Source of the DNA: an uncultured Solirubrobacterales bacterium
GTDB lineage: Bacteria > Actinomycetota > Thermoleophilia > Solirubrobacterales > Solirubrobacteraceae
Assembly: GCA_963797905.1 (NCBI GenBank)
Contig: CAWCRB010000001.1
Location: forward strand, 185,286 to 249,285
Reading direction: 5' to 3'
DNA length: 64,000 bases
Position 1 is the stretch's first letter. Each line of letters opens with the position of its first letter. A program made the position numbers and the translations under genes. The notes under the pieces are model-generated. The model was not told where the DNA came from, did no database searches, and saw only the letters and a program-made list of their open reading frames with translations. Positions 1 to 11,226 of this stretch are shown piece by piece.

Positions 1-519
1 TCCGAAGCCCAGTTCGAGCGGCCGGCGGGCGGCGGGACCGAGGTGAGGATGACGTTCGCGACCGAGCGGGACGGCATCTCGCTGCTCGAGCCCGGAACGC
101 CCGCCGCCATCCTCGGCGGCGAGCCTCCGGAGGGCGGCGATGTCGTCGGGTCGATCTCCCCGATCACGCTGCTCCCGCCGGTGCTCGGACGTCTGGCGCG
201 GGCGCTCGCCGCCGGCGCCCGCTTCTCGCTCGACCGCTTCTCCGACGTGTACCTCGTCACCGACGCGATCGGCGCGCTGCTTGATTCCGACGGCGCCGGG
301 GACCGCGTCTCGTTCGACCTCATCGGTCGTGACCGCCGGCTGGAGCTCCGGGTCGGGCCGCTCGCGCGCGGCTGCACCGAGCGGATCCGAGAGCTCGACG
401 CGACGGGCGCGCGCCCGTCACCGCTGGTGTCGCTCACCGACTCGTTCGCCACCGAGGAGGGCCCGGAGGACACCGAGGAACTCCGCGTTGTGCTCGTCGA
501 CCGGCGCGAGTCAGCCTGA
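1..519 (+). CDS. Anti-sigma factor/ATP-binding regulatory protein (RsbW-like), 5' partial
   Basis: Frame is open from base 1 (SEAQFERPAGGGTEVRMTF, a HATPase_c G2-box end). A second degenerate HATPase-like half follows. Lies next to STAS and SigB-type genes. Confidence 0.7.
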   Translation, partial: SEAQFERPAGGGTEVRMTFATERDGISLLEPGTPAAILGGEPPEGGDVVGSISPITLLPPVLGRLARALAAGARFSLDRFSDVYLVTDAIGALLDSDGAGDRVSFDLIGRDRRLELRVGPLARGCTERIRELDATGARPSPLVSLTDSFATEEGPEDTEELRVVLVDRRESA

Positions 520-527
520 GCGGGCGC

Positions 528-872
528 TCAGGGCTGCTCGATCGCCTGCTCGGGCGTCTCGACGATCGCGAACCGGCCGCCGGCGCCGCTCAGCTCGAGA
601 ACGCGCCGAACCTGCTCGGGACCCTGGACGAGCGCAAAGCGCGCGTCGGCCTCGCGGGCCCGCGTATACGCGGTGAGCAACGTCCCGATCCCGGTGGAGT
701 CCATGAAGTCGACCTCGCGCAGGTCGACGAGCAGAAGTTCCTGTGGCTCGAGCGGCACGCGCTGGAGCTCCTCCTCCAGCGCAGGGCTGGTGGCCAGGTC
801 AAGCGCACCCCTGCACGTCACGAGTTGAGCCGCGCCAACCGTCGAGACCTCGACGCTGAACGGAGACATCAC
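528..872 (-). CDS. STAS-domain anti-sigma factor antagonist (RsbV-like)
   Basis: GALDLATSP and VDLREVDFMDSTG (phospho-Ser motif); 114 aa. Confidence 0.92.
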   Translation of the reverse strand: MMSPFSVEVSTVGAAQLVTCRGALDLATSPALEEELQRVPLEPQELLLVDLREVDFMDSTGIGTLLTAYTRAREADARFALVQGPEQVRRVLELSGAGGRFAIVETPEQAIEQP

Positions 873-963
873 CGGGGGCGCAGCCTATCGCGTAGAGGGT
901 TCGCGGAGTGGGTAGCTCCCCACCGGGAGGCCCGATATCCGAAACGGAAGGAAGGCTGAAAAG

Positions 964-1140
964 TTGGTTGCTCTGATCGTTCTGCTGCTCATCCTCGCGC
1001 TGCTCGGCGGCTTGGGGTTCGCGGCTCATTTCCTGTGGATCGTGCTCGTCGTCGCGCTCGTGCTGTGGGTGCTCGGCTTCTTCATCGGTGGCGTGGGGTC
1101 CGGCGTCAGCGGCGGACGCCGCCGGTGGTACGGACGCTGA
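964..1140 (+). CDS. Small hydrophobic membrane protein (58 aa), not in ORF track
   Basis: TTG start after a GGAAGGAAGG RBS; LVALIVLLLILALLGGLGFAAHFLWIVLVVALVLWVLGFFIGG...RRRWYGR; GGGTAG -10-like element at 910-915. Confidence 0.8.
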   Translation: MVALIVLLLILALLGGLGFAAHFLWIVLVVALVLWVLGFFIGGVGSGVSGGRRRWYGR

Positions 1141-1163
1141 GAACCGCGTTGGCCTGAACGTCG

Positions 1164-1970
1164 TCAGGCGGGGGTGGCCGAGGCCTGGCCACCCGCCGCC
1201 GGGCCACGCTCGCTCGTGAGCTCGTGCAGCCGCGCGAGCGACCGGCGCAGGAGGCGGGAGACCTGCATCTGCGAGACGCCGATCCGCTCGGCGATCTCGC
1301 TCTGCGTGAGGTGTTCGCTGAAGCGGAGGTACAGGATCTCGCGCTCTCGGCGGGGGAGATGGCGCGCGGCGGAGAACACCGTCACTTCGTCGTCGATCCG
1401 GCCGAGCCGAGCGTCGTGCGAGCCGAGCGACTCGAGCCGCGTCGTCGCCTCGTCGCCGTCGCCGACCGGGGCGTCGAGTGAGAGAGCGGCATGGGCCTCG
1501 GCCGTCTGCAGGCCCTCGAGCACGTCCTCCTCGGAGCACTCGAGGTACTGGGCGATCTCCACGACGGTCGGCGGGCGGCCATGCTTGGCGCTCACCCGCT
1601 TCTGGGCCTCCATTACGCGGCGCGCTCGCTCCTGCGCGCTGCGGTCCACGTGCAGCGCCCATCCGGCATCGCGGAAGTACCGCTTGAGCTCGCCGACGAT
1701 CGTCGGGACGGCGAACGAGGTGAAGGCGAAGCCGCGATCCGGGTCGAACCGCTCGACCGCCTTGACGAGGCCGAGGCTCGCCACCTGGGTGAGGTCCTCG
1801 TGGGAGTCCGCCGAGGAGGCGTAGCGGCGCGCGAGCTTGCGGGCCAGCGGGAGGTGGCGCTCGATCAACTGGTTGCGAGCGTCGCGGTCCTGCTCGCTCC
1901 GCCAGCGCCGGAAGAGGTCGGCCGAGTCCGCGCCGGAGATCGGTGCGGGAGTCTTCGACGTCTCCTCCAA
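1164..1970 (-). CDS. SigB/SigF/SigG-family RNA polymerase sigma factor
   Basis: EDLTQVASLGLVKAVERFDPDRG, FAVPTIVGELKRYFRD and region 4 TQSEIAERIGVSQMQVSRLL. Start placed at TTG 1970 after a GAGGGGG RBS. Confidence 0.93.
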   Translation of the reverse strand: MEETSKTPAPISGADSADLFRRWRSEQDRDARNQLIERHLPLARKLARRYASSADSHEDLTQVASLGLVKAVERFDPDRGFAFTSFAVPTIVGELKRYFRDAGWALHVDRSAQERARRVMEAQKRVSAKHGRPPTVVEIAQYLECSEEDVLEGLQTAEAHAALSLDAPVGDGDEATTRLESLGSHDARLGRIDDEVTVFSAARHLPRREREILYLRFSEHLTQSEIAERIGVSQMQVSRLLRRSLARLHELTSERGPAAGGQASATPA

Positions 1971-2092
1971 ACCGACCCCCCTCGCGTTAATTGCCGTCAC
2001 GGGATTTCTAGCATAGGCCGTGCGGGAATCGAACAGGCGTCGAGCCGGCTCGGGGCGCGCCGGCGGCGCGGAGCCCCCCGTGAGCAGGCCTT

Positions 2093-3163
2093 TTATGCGG
2101 CCTCTGCGTGGTGCAGGGTGTCCGCGCGGATCCGCTCGTCGAGCAGGTCGAGCACCGCCTCCTCGAGCCGGGCCCGGTCTCGGTCCTTGGCCGGATCGAT
2201 CTCGCCGAGACGCTGGAGTGCGGCCGCGATCGTCCACCCGGAGAGGTACCGGTCGAACACGCGCGGATCGATGTAGGAGCGCCGGGCGACCGCCGGCGTG
2301 TTGCCGAGAATCTCGCTCACCCCGCGGACCGCGGCGTTGATCGCTCGCTTGCGCGCAGCCTGCGAGGTGACGTCGGGGGCGCCCGCCCCGAGCGACACGG
2401 CGGCGAGCACGGTGGCGTTCCAGGTCCGGAAGTCCTTGGCCGAGAAGTCTTCGCCGGCGACGCGCTTCAGGTAGTCGTTGACGTCGTCGGAGCGGATCCC
2501 GCACCATCCCCGGCCGGACCGGTAGGCCAGCAGCTCATCGGGCCCGCTCCGCCGTCGCCGGAGCGCCTCGACGAGGTCGCGGCTGACCGGATCGGTGATC
2601 GCATGGACCCGGCGGACGCCCCCCTTGGCCGGATAGTCGAACACGATCGAGTCGCCCTCCACGCGGACGTGGTCGCGGCGAACGGTGGCCAGGCCGATGC
2701 CGTGATCCTCGTCGGCGTACTGCTCGGAGCCGATCCGGAACAGGCCGACGTCGAGCAGTCGGACGGCACATGCCAGGACCGCATCGTGGGTCGGCTCACC
2801 GGCGCGCAGCGCCCGGGCGATGGCACGGCGCATCCTCGGCAGCGCGCGGCCGAACTCCTCCATCCGCTCGAACTTCTCCTGGTCGCGGCGCTCGCGCCAG
2901 CGCGGGTGGTAGAGGTACTGCTTGCGCCCGGCATCGTCGATCCCCGTCGCCTGGAGATGGCCCCAGGCGTCGGCGCAGATCCACACCTCCCGCCAGGCCG
3001 GTGGAATCGCCAGCCCGCGAAGCCGTTCGACGGTCTCCTCGTCGCGGATCGGCTCTCCGGAGGCGTCGAGGTAGGAGAACCCGCGGCCGCGACGGACACG
3101 GGTGATCCCGGGCCGTGAGCAGTCCGAGCGGCGCAGGCGGGGACGGAGGCGGGTGACGGACAT
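2093..3163 (-). CDS. DNA topoisomerase IB (bacterial, poxvirus-like)
   Basis: GRKQYLYH, RIGS, AKDFRTW and LGNTPAVARRSY (catalytic Tyr). Confidence 0.93.
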   Translation of the reverse strand: MSVTRLRPRLRRSDCSRPGITRVRRGRGFSYLDASGEPIRDEETVERLRGLAIPPAWREVWICADAWGHLQATGIDDAGRKQYLYHPRWRERRDQEKFERMEEFGRALPRMRRAIARALRAGEPTHDAVLACAVRLLDVGLFRIGSEQYADEDHGIGLATVRRDHVRVEGDSIVFDYPAKGGVRRVHAITDPVSRDLVEALRRRRSGPDELLAYRSGRGWCGIRSDDVNDYLKRVAGEDFSAKDFRTWNATVLAAVSLGAGAPDVTSQAARKRAINAAVRGVSEILGNTPAVARRSYIDPRVFDRYLSGWTIAAALQRLGEIDPAKDRDRARLEEAVLDLLDERIRADTLHHAEAA

Positions 3164-3261
3164 CGCGCGGTATCTCTACCCACCGGCGTGCGACTTGATC
3201 CCCGGCACGGCAACGGCCCCACCTCTCGGCGGGGCCGTCGATCGTGCGCGCGCGTCGCGGC

Positions 3262-3780
3262 TCAGGCGAGCTGCTTGATCCGCTCGGCGACGCCCTCGGC
3301 CTCGGCACGGACGTCCTTCGCCCGCTTCTCGAGGTCCCGGCGGGCGGCGCGCGCATCACGCTGGACGCCGTTGCGGGTCCGGCGCAGCGAGCGCTCACTG
3401 CGGTTCAGCACCTGCTGACCACGCCGCTCGTACCGGTTGAGCTCCTTGCTCACGCTCTGCACGCTGGTGAGCGTCTGGGCGGCCTTCGACACCCGGTCGC
3501 GCAGCTCGACAGCGGCGCCGACCTGGATCAGCATCACGCGCTCGGCCTGACGGCCGACGGCGTCGATGCGGGCCGCAGCCTGCTCGAAGCGCCGGCCGGC
3601 CGACCGCGTCGCCTGACGCGTCGTCCGCTGGGCGCTGCGGGTGGTCTGCTTGGCCTGGCGGGTGGTCGTGCGGGCCGACGTACGGCTCGCCGATGCACTG
3701 CTCCGCGCGGCGTTGCGCTTGCGGGTGGCGGCGGCCTTGTTTCCGGCGGCCTGGCGTTGGGTCTTCGTCTGCGGAGCCAT
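3262..3780 (-). CDS. Basic coiled-coil protein, HbhA/phasin-like, probably stress-regulated
   Basis: Good RBS (GAGGAG), SigB-type promoter upstream, Lys/Arg-rich N-terminus and amphipathic helical C-terminus. Confidence 0.7.
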   Translation of the reverse strand: MAPQTKTQRQAAGNKAAATRKRNAARSSASASRTSARTTTRQAKQTTRSAQRTTRQATRSAGRRFEQAAARIDAVGRQAERVMLIQVGAAVELRDRVSKAAQTLTSVQSVSKELNRYERRGQQVLNRSERSLRRTRNGVQRDARAARRDLEKRAKDVRAEAEGVAERIKQLA

Positions 3781-3840
3781 TGGGACTCTCCTCTACGTCG
3801 TGGTTGCAGTTCCAGCGGCCCCTCTTCCCCTGATACAGCC

Positions 3841-3865
3841 CTACCCGACCCCTCGGCCTGCAAAC
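3841..3865 (-). promoter_or_regulatory. SigB/SigF-type promoter
   Basis: Minus strand reads GTTT-N15-GGGTAG upstream of 3780. Confidence 0.8.
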
Positions 3866-3927
3866 GTGCGTTCGTACTGCCAGAAACCCATCAAACGTCC
3901 GATCGGCAGTCTCTAAGCTCACGTCCG

Positions 3928-5232
3928 ATGTCCGAGGAGCGCTTCACCTCCGAGCTCGCCGCCGGGCTCGTCGACGACCTGGCGGAGCGCTTCCTGCGCT
4001 ATGTGCGGGTTGACACGACCGCCCGTCGCGAGCACCGCGGCGCCCCCAGCAGCGAGGGTCAGCTCACACTCGGGGCGATTCTCCGCGATGAGCTCGCTGA
4101 GCTCGGATGTGACGACGCCGTCCAGGACGAGCGCGGGTACGTCACGGCGACGATCCCGGGCGCTGCCGGCGACGCTCCGGTCGTCGGGCTCATCGCCCAC
4201 GTCGACACCAGCCCGGACGCCCCGGGCGCCGGCGTCGATCCGATCATCCACGAGGGCTACGACGGCGGTGTCCTCGTGCTCCCGAAGGGCGGCACCCGCC
4301 TTGATCCGGCGGCGATGCCCGAACTGCGTGGCAAGGTGGGCCACGACCTCGTGACCTCGAGCGGAGACACGCTGCTCGGCGCCGACGACAAGGCCGGTGT
4401 GGCGACCATCATGGCCGCCGCACGCCACCTCATGGCCCACCCCGAGCTGCCCCGACCGAACCTCCGTGTCGCCTTCACCGTCGACGAGGAGATCGGGGAG
4501 GGGGCCTACGGCTTCGACCTCGCGGCGTTCGGAGCGCGTTGCGCCTACACGATCGACGGGTCCGAGATCGGCGAGCTCCAGGACGAGACGTTCAGTGCCC
4601 TCGCGGCCGATGTCACGGTCGAGGGGATCGAGGTCCACCCGGGGCAGGCGACGGGAAAGATGGTCAACGCCACCCGCCTGCTCGCGCAGATCGTCGACGC
4701 GCTGCCGCCCGAGCTGACCCCGGAACGGACCTCCGGCCGCGAGGGGTTCATCCACGTCTACGAACTCGCCGGCGACGCCGGTCGCGCCACCCTACGGGCG
4801 ATCGTGCGCGACTTCGACGATGCGCTGCTCGACCAGCACGTCGAGCTCCTGCGCGCGACGGCCGAGCGGGTCGTCGGGGCGGAGCCCCGGGCGCGGGTCT
4901 CGGTCGAGGTCCACGAGCAGTACCGCAACATGCGCAACCACCTCGCCGGCGTCCCGGAGGTCGTGGGCGCTGCCGAGCAGGCGATCCGCGCCGAGGGCAT
5001 CGTGCCGGTTCGCACCCCGATCCGCGGCGGCACCGACGGCTCGATCCTGTCGGCCCGTGGGCTGCCGACCCCGAACATCTTCACCGGCGGCCACGAATAT
5101 CACTCGGTCCGCGAATGGGCCTCGCTCCAGGACATGGCCGCTGCGGCGGCGGTGATCGTGCGGTTGGCCGAGGTGTGGGCCGCGGGAGTTCCCGCCGGCG
5201 GCGATGGCCGGCTCGGAGCCGTCGGCCGATGA
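3928..5232 (+). CDS. pepT: Peptidase T (M20B tripeptidase)
   Basis: AHVDTS, LLGADDKAG, FTVDEEIG, IRGGTDG and HSVREW motifs; ATG 3928. Confidence 0.93.
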   Translation: MSEERFTSELAAGLVDDLAERFLRYVRVDTTARREHRGAPSSEGQLTLGAILRDELAELGCDDAVQDERGYVTATIPGAAGDAPVVGLIAHVDTSPDAPGAGVDPIIHEGYDGGVLVLPKGGTRLDPAAMPELRGKVGHDLVTSSGDTLLGADDKAGVATIMAAARHLMAHPELPRPNLRVAFTVDEEIGEGAYGFDLAAFGARCAYTIDGSEIGELQDETFSALAADVTVEGIEVHPGQATGKMVNATRLLAQIVDALPPELTPERTSGREGFIHVYELAGDAGRATLRAIVRDFDDALLDQHVELLRATAERVVGAEPRARVSVEVHEQYRNMRNHLAGVPEVVGAAEQAIRAEGIVPVRTPIRGGTDGSILSARGLPTPNIFTGGHEYHSVREWASLQDMAAAAAVIVRLAEVWAAGVPAGGDGRLGAVGR

Positions 5233-6026
5233 GCCTCGCATCGCTCGCCAGTCTCGATGGGGAGATCATGCCCGCCGGAGAGGCGATGCTCCCGGTCACC
5301 GACGACGGCCTGATCCGCGGCGACGGTGTGTTCGAGGTGATCCGGGTCTACGACGGGATCCCGTTCGCGTTCGAGGAGCACCTCGCCCGACTCGAGCGCT
5401 CGGCCGACAATCTCCGCCTTCCGATCGATCTCGAGGCGGTCCGCAGCGAGGCCAACCGGCTGCTCGCGCAGGCCGGCGCCGGTCCCGACCACGAGGGGCT
5501 GCGCATCATGCTGACGCGCGGCGGACGGCGCGTCCTGATGACCGAACGGCTGCCCGAGACCGCGGACAGCGTGCGGTGCGGGACGGTCACCTACTCGCCG
5601 ACCCGCATCCTCGACGGCGTGAAGTCGCTGTCCTACGCCGCCAACATGCTGGCCAGCCGGCTGGCTCGCGAGCAGGGCTACGACGAGGCGCTGCTCGTCA
5701 CGCCGCACGGCCGGGTGCTCGAGGCCCCGACGAGCTCGCTGTTCTGGGTCCGCGACGGCGAGCTGCTGACCCCGCCGCTGGACGACCACATCCTCGCCTC
5801 GATCACGCGGCGGCTGGTGATCGAGCTGGTGGGCGCCCGCGAGGCGGTCTGCACGCTCGACGATCTCGCCGCCGCCGACGAGGCGTTCCTCGCCTCGACG
5901 ATCCGCGAGGTGCAGACGATCTCCGCCGTCGACGACATCCGATACACCGGCGAGTTCCCGATCACCGACGCGGCACGCCGCGCCGTGCGCGAGCGGATCG
6001 CCACCGAGCTCGCCACCGCGGGCTGA
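5229..6026 (+). CDS. Class IV PLP aminotransferase (BCAT/D-amino acid/ADC lyase family)
   Basis: DGLIRGDGVFE, HLARL, VKSLSY, ILASITR and EAFLAST; ATGA overlap with pepT. Confidence 0.88.
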   Translation: MSLASLASLDGEIMPAGEAMLPVTDDGLIRGDGVFEVIRVYDGIPFAFEEHLARLERSADNLRLPIDLEAVRSEANRLLAQAGAGPDHEGLRIMLTRGGRRVLMTERLPETADSVRCGTVTYSPTRILDGVKSLSYAANMLASRLAREQGYDEALLVTPHGRVLEAPTSSLFWVRDGELLTPPLDDHILASITRRLVIELVGAREAVCTLDDLAAADEAFLASTIREVQTISAVDDIRYTGEFPITDAARRAVRERIATELATAG

Positions 6027-6039
6027 CGAACGCCGCGGC

Positions 6040-7659
<1,620 letters not shown>

Positions 7660-7669
7660 TCACCGATTC

Positions 7670-7694
7670 GTTTGCCGAGCGGGTGCTCGGGTAG
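7670..7694 (+). promoter_or_regulatory. SigB/SigF-type promoter of csbD
   Basis: GTTT-N15-GGGTAG directly upstream of the CsbD gene. Confidence 0.82.
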
Positions 7695-7733
7695 CTCAAG
7701 GTGGTCAGTCTGATCGAAGCGAAGGAGATCCAC

Positions 7734-7910
7734 ATGGACGACGGAACGTTTGATGACACCAAGGGACGCGTGAAGAAGGCAGCCGGTGATATCACCGACG
7801 ACGAGAGCCTGAAGAACGAAGGCCGCGTCGACAAGGCGACCGGCGCGATCAAGGACAAGGTCGGCGACGCCGCCGACGCCGTCAAGGACGTCGTCAACCC
7901 GAAGGAGTAG
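7734..7910 (+). CDS. csbD: CsbD family general stress protein
   Basis: KGRVKKAAGDITDDESLKNEGRVDK; AAGGAG RBS. Confidence 0.92.
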   Translation: MDDGTFDDTKGRVKKAAGDITDDESLKNEGRVDKATGAIKDKVGDAADAVKDVVNPKE

Positions 7911-7920
7911 CGCGGCTCGT

Positions 7921-7946
7921 GCGGCCCGTCCCCGTGGGCGGGCCGC
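7921..7946. terminator. Stem-loop between convergent csbD and dnaC-like genes
   Basis: gcggcccgtcc-ccgt-gggcgggccgc inverted repeat (one G-U pair). Confidence 0.55.
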
Positions 7947-7951
7947 CGACG

Positions 7952-8662
7952 CTACGCGGGGCGCAGCTCGACGCGCCGGTCGGGCCCGTCGAGCGGAAGC
8001 TGGCGGCACATCTCGACCAGCCGCGAGACGGTCCGCTCGGAGATCTGCTCGCCGAGCTGGTCGTAGTCGAGGTTCGTCGTGATCACGATCGAGCGCTCGT
8101 CCTCATAGCGCGCGTTGACGATCGAGTACAGCTCCTCCAGCACCCAGTCGGTCGTCCGCTCGGCGCCGACGTCGTCGATGTGGAGCAGGTCGACGGTCGT
8201 GAGCCGGTCAAGCAGGTCGATGTGCGAGCGCTCGGCCCGGTGCGTGTCGCGGATCTCGTTGAGCAGCCGCGGGAGAGAGTAGATCGCCACCGAGCGGCCG
8301 GCCTTCAGCGCGGCTCCGGCCACGATCATCGCCAGCGTCGTCTTGCCCGTCCCGGTCGGGCCGGAGAACCACAGACCGTCCCCCGCGTCGAGCCGCTCGT
8401 CGATCCGGGTGACGAACTTCCGCGTCTCCTCGACGATCACCCTCGGCTCGATCTCGGTCACCGGCGCGCGCTCGAACGACACCCCCCGGTAGCGCCGCGG
8501 GATGACCGCGGACAGGCTCCTGGCGTGATTCTGCGCGATCCGGGCGGGTCGGCACCGGCACGGGTACGCGGTGTTCGTCTCGTTGTCCTCGATCAGACCC
8601 GAACCGTCGCACAGGTCGTACGGGCAGGCCGCCGGTGGGCGGATCGTCCGAGCGGCCTCCAT
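7952..8662 (-). CDS. DnaC/DnaI/IstB-family AAA+ ATPase, putative helicase loader
   Basis: N-terminal Zn motif CPYDLC...CRC, Walker A GPTGTGKT, Walker B LLHIDDVG, TTN and SRL; 13 bp downstream of dnaB. Confidence 0.85.
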   Translation of the reverse strand: MEAARTIRPPAACPYDLCDGSGLIEDNETNTAYPCRCRPARIAQNHARSLSAVIPRRYRGVSFERAPVTEIEPRVIVEETRKFVTRIDERLDAGDGLWFSGPTGTGKTTLAMIVAGAALKAGRSVAIYSLPRLLNEIRDTHRAERSHIDLLDRLTTVDLLHIDDVGAERTTDWVLEELYSIVNARYEDERSIVITTNLDYDQLGEQISERTVSRLVEMCRQLPLDGPDRRVELRPA

Positions 8663-8675
8663 CAGCGCGCGCCCG

Positions 8676-10031
8676 TCATGCCGCGAACCGCTCGCTGGCG
8701 AAGTTCATGAACTTCGGATAGTCCTTCTGGAAGGTGAGCACGACGTTGCCGATCGGCCCGTTGCGGTGCTTGGCGATGATGATGTCGGCCTCGCCGGGGC
8801 GCTCGGAGTCCTTCTCGTAGTACTCGTCGCGGTAGATGAACATCACGAGGTCGGCGTCCTGCTCGATCGCGCCGGAATCGCGGAGGTCGGACAGCACCGG
8901 ACGCTTGTCGCCGCCCCGCTGCTCGACGCCACGGCTGAGCTGCGAGAGGGCGATCACCGGAACGTTCAGCTCGCGCGCGAGCCCCTTCAGTCCGCGGGAG
9001 ATCTGGCTCACCTGCTCGACCCGGTTGTCCACCCGGCCCTCGTGGCGCATGAGCTGGAGGTAGTCGATGATGATCAGCTTCAGCCCACCGTCGACCTGGT
9101 TGTGCAGCCGGCGGGCCTTGGCCCGGATCTCCAGCACGCCGGTGTCGCTCGAGTCGTCGACGAACATCTGCGCCGCCGACAGCCGCCCGCAGGCCTCGAG
9201 GATCCTCGGCCACCGGTGCTCGGCCACCTTGCCCCGGCGGAGCTCCTCGCCCTTGATCTTCGCCTGCGAGGCGACGAACCGCTGAGCGAGCTCGGACTCG
9301 GACATCTCGAGCGAGAACAGGGCCGTGGGATACCCCTCCAGAACGGCGTTCTCGGCGATGTTGGCCACGAGCGCCGACTTCCCCATCGACGGACGGGCGG
9401 CGACGATGATCAGGTTGCCGGGCTGGAAGCCGCCGGTCTTCTCGTCGAGGTCCTTGAACCCCGACGGCGTCCCCGTGAGCGCCGTCTTCAGCGTCGAGAG
9501 CTTGTGGAGCTTGTCGGTCTCGGCAATCAGGATGTCCCCGATCCCGCGCATCTTCCGCTGGCGCTCGTCGTGCGCGACCTCCAGCATCGTCCGCTCGGCC
9601 CGCTCGACGAGTTCCTGGGTCGGCATCTCCCGGGAGAGCACGCTGGCCTGGATCTCGTAGGAGGCGGTGAGCAGCGCCCGCAGCTGGGCGAGCTCCCGGA
9701 CGATCCGTCCGTAGTCCCGGGCGTGGCCGGCGGCCGGCACCCAGCCGGCGAGCTCCTCGATCGCCTCGGCCCCGCCGGCGGCGTCGAGCTTGCCGGTGCC
9801 GTTCAGCTCCTCGGCCACCGTGAGGTGGTCGATCTTGCGGTCGGCGTCGTACAGCGCGAGCATCGCTGCGTAGGCCAGTCCGTGGCGCTCCACGTAGAAG
9901 TGCTCGGCCCGTAGGTGCTCCTCCACGAGCAGCGCGTTGAGGTGGCGGTCGTCGAGCAGAATCGCCCCCAGGACCGACTTCTCGGCCTCGGGATTGTGGG
10001 GCGGAACGGCGATGTTCTGGACCGCGGTCAT
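8676..10031 (-). CDS. dnaB: Replicative DNA helicase
   Basis: PPHNPEAEKSVLG, AARPSMGKS, IDYLQLM, LSQLSR and DLRDSGAIEQDAD; no intein. Confidence 0.98.
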   Translation of the reverse strand: MTAVQNIAVPPHNPEAEKSVLGAILLDDRHLNALLVEEHLRAEHFYVERHGLAYAAMLALYDADRKIDHLTVAEELNGTGKLDAAGGAEAIEELAGWVPAAGHARDYGRIVRELAQLRALLTASYEIQASVLSREMPTQELVERAERTMLEVAHDERQRKMRGIGDILIAETDKLHKLSTLKTALTGTPSGFKDLDEKTGGFQPGNLIIVAARPSMGKSALVANIAENAVLEGYPTALFSLEMSESELAQRFVASQAKIKGEELRRGKVAEHRWPRILEACGRLSAAQMFVDDSSDTGVLEIRAKARRLHNQVDGGLKLIIIDYLQLMRHEGRVDNRVEQVSQISRGLKGLARELNVPVIALSQLSRGVEQRGGDKRPVLSDLRDSGAIEQDADLVMFIYRDEYYEKDSERPGEADIIIAKHRNGPIGNVVLTFQKDYPKFMNFASERFAA

Positions 10032-10256
10032 CTCGTTTTCCGAGCATAAGCGCGGACCGGACGGCAGCGCACACGCACTTCCCGGAACGAGCAGGATTGT
10101 TGTGTGCGGCCGCGGCGGCGGAGTCGCGACCGCGTGCGCGAGCCCGGCGGCGGCGTGGACGCCGCCGCCCAGAGCTCAAGTGCCGGCGGCCCGGGTCCGA
10201 TGTCGCCGGTACGAGTTGCGGCGGAGCATCTTGTCTTGGGGCGCGGTTCACGGGGC

Positions 10257-10288
10257 GGTCGCGGCCGGCGGAGATGCCGGCCGCGACC
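10257..10288 (-). terminator. Stem-loop downstream of cupredoxin lipoprotein
   Basis: Perfect 13-bp stem ggtcgcggccggc/gccggccgcgacc with a 6-nt loop. Confidence 0.65.
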
Positions 10289-10332
10289 ACGTCCGTGATC
10301 TCGAGTCCCGGGCGTGGCCCGGGGTTCGGCGC

Positions 10333-11226
10333 CTAGTTGACCGTGTACTTCGTGAGCAGACCCTCGGCGAAGTGCGGCTTGCCGCCGTCGCGGTCCGTCA
10401 GCGGGCAGAAGAACACGTACGTGCCCCGCTTGAGGTCGACCGTCGTCACCTGCGAGCGGCCGCCATCGAGGACCGCGGTCGTGCGGTACGTCGGGAGGTC
10501 GGCGAAGCTCGGCGGCCCGTTCGACGCGAACGACTTCTCGATCTCGGCCAGCGACGGGTTCTGCCCCGGCTTGATCGCGATCGCGATCAGGACGTGAAGC
10601 GCCTGGGCGCCCTCGCTCTTGAACGTCAGGCGGTTCGGACCGACATGCAGACCGCTGAGCTTCCAGCGGTACTTGTCCGTGCCCGCGGTGGCTGCCGTCA
10701 CCGTGGCCGGCGTCGAGGGCAGCGCCGTGGCGCCGGTCCCGGGGGTGACGGTCAGGCTCGTCTGCGCCGGAGCGAGCGTCGCGCCGGGCCCGGGCGTCTC
10801 GGTGACGAGGTACTTCCCGGCGCTCAGGTCGACCGTCGCGCTGTTGCTCTGACCCGGCATCGTCGTGCTTACTCCGCCGGCGGCACGGAGCCATCCCGGC
10901 GTCTTCGTCGAGTTGCCCTGGATCTGCTTGTACGCCTCGGCGACCGTGTGGTCGCCGACCACCTGCGCGAACTGCAGGTTGTGCGGCGACTTGCCGGTGT
11001 TCTGGAGCGTGACCGCCACCACCCCACCTGCCGTCGTCGCCGGACCGGAGAGCTTGGCCTCCTTGCCCGCCTCGGAGATCGTGAGGTGAAGCCCGGCAGC
11101 GCTGGCCGCCGAACCCGTGGCGCTACCGCTCGTGGAGCTGCTGGTGCTGGAACTGCTGCTGCCGCAGGCCGCGATGGCCAGGGCGGGAACGAACGCGGCG
11201 CAGAGCGCCGTGAACCGCTTCGACAT
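10333..11226 (-). CDS. Lipoprotein with tandem cupredoxin-like domains
   Basis: Lipobox IAAC plus poly-Ser; C-terminal GTYVFFCPLTDRDGGKPHFAEGL type-1 Cu-like motif. Confidence 0.7.
   Translation of the reverse strand: MSKRFTALCAAFVPALAIAACGSSSSSTSSSTSGSATGSAASAAGLHLTISEAGKEAKLSGPATTAGGVVAVTLQNTGKSPHNLQFAQVVGDHTVAEAYKQIQGNSTKTPGWLRAAGGVSTTMPGQSNSATVDLSAGKYLVTETPGPGATLAPAQTSLTVTPGTGATALPSTPATVTAATAGTDKYRWKLSGLHVGPNRLTFKSEGAQALHVLIAIAIKPGQNPSLAEIEKSFASNGPPSFADLPTYRTTAVLDGGRSQVTTVDLKRGTYVFFCPLTDRDGGKPHFAEGLLTKYTVN

Noticed and set aside
7952-8662. IS21 element (IstB)
   Set aside because: No IstA transposase or terminal repeats; Zn-finger N-terminus and dnaB linkage fit a helicase loader.
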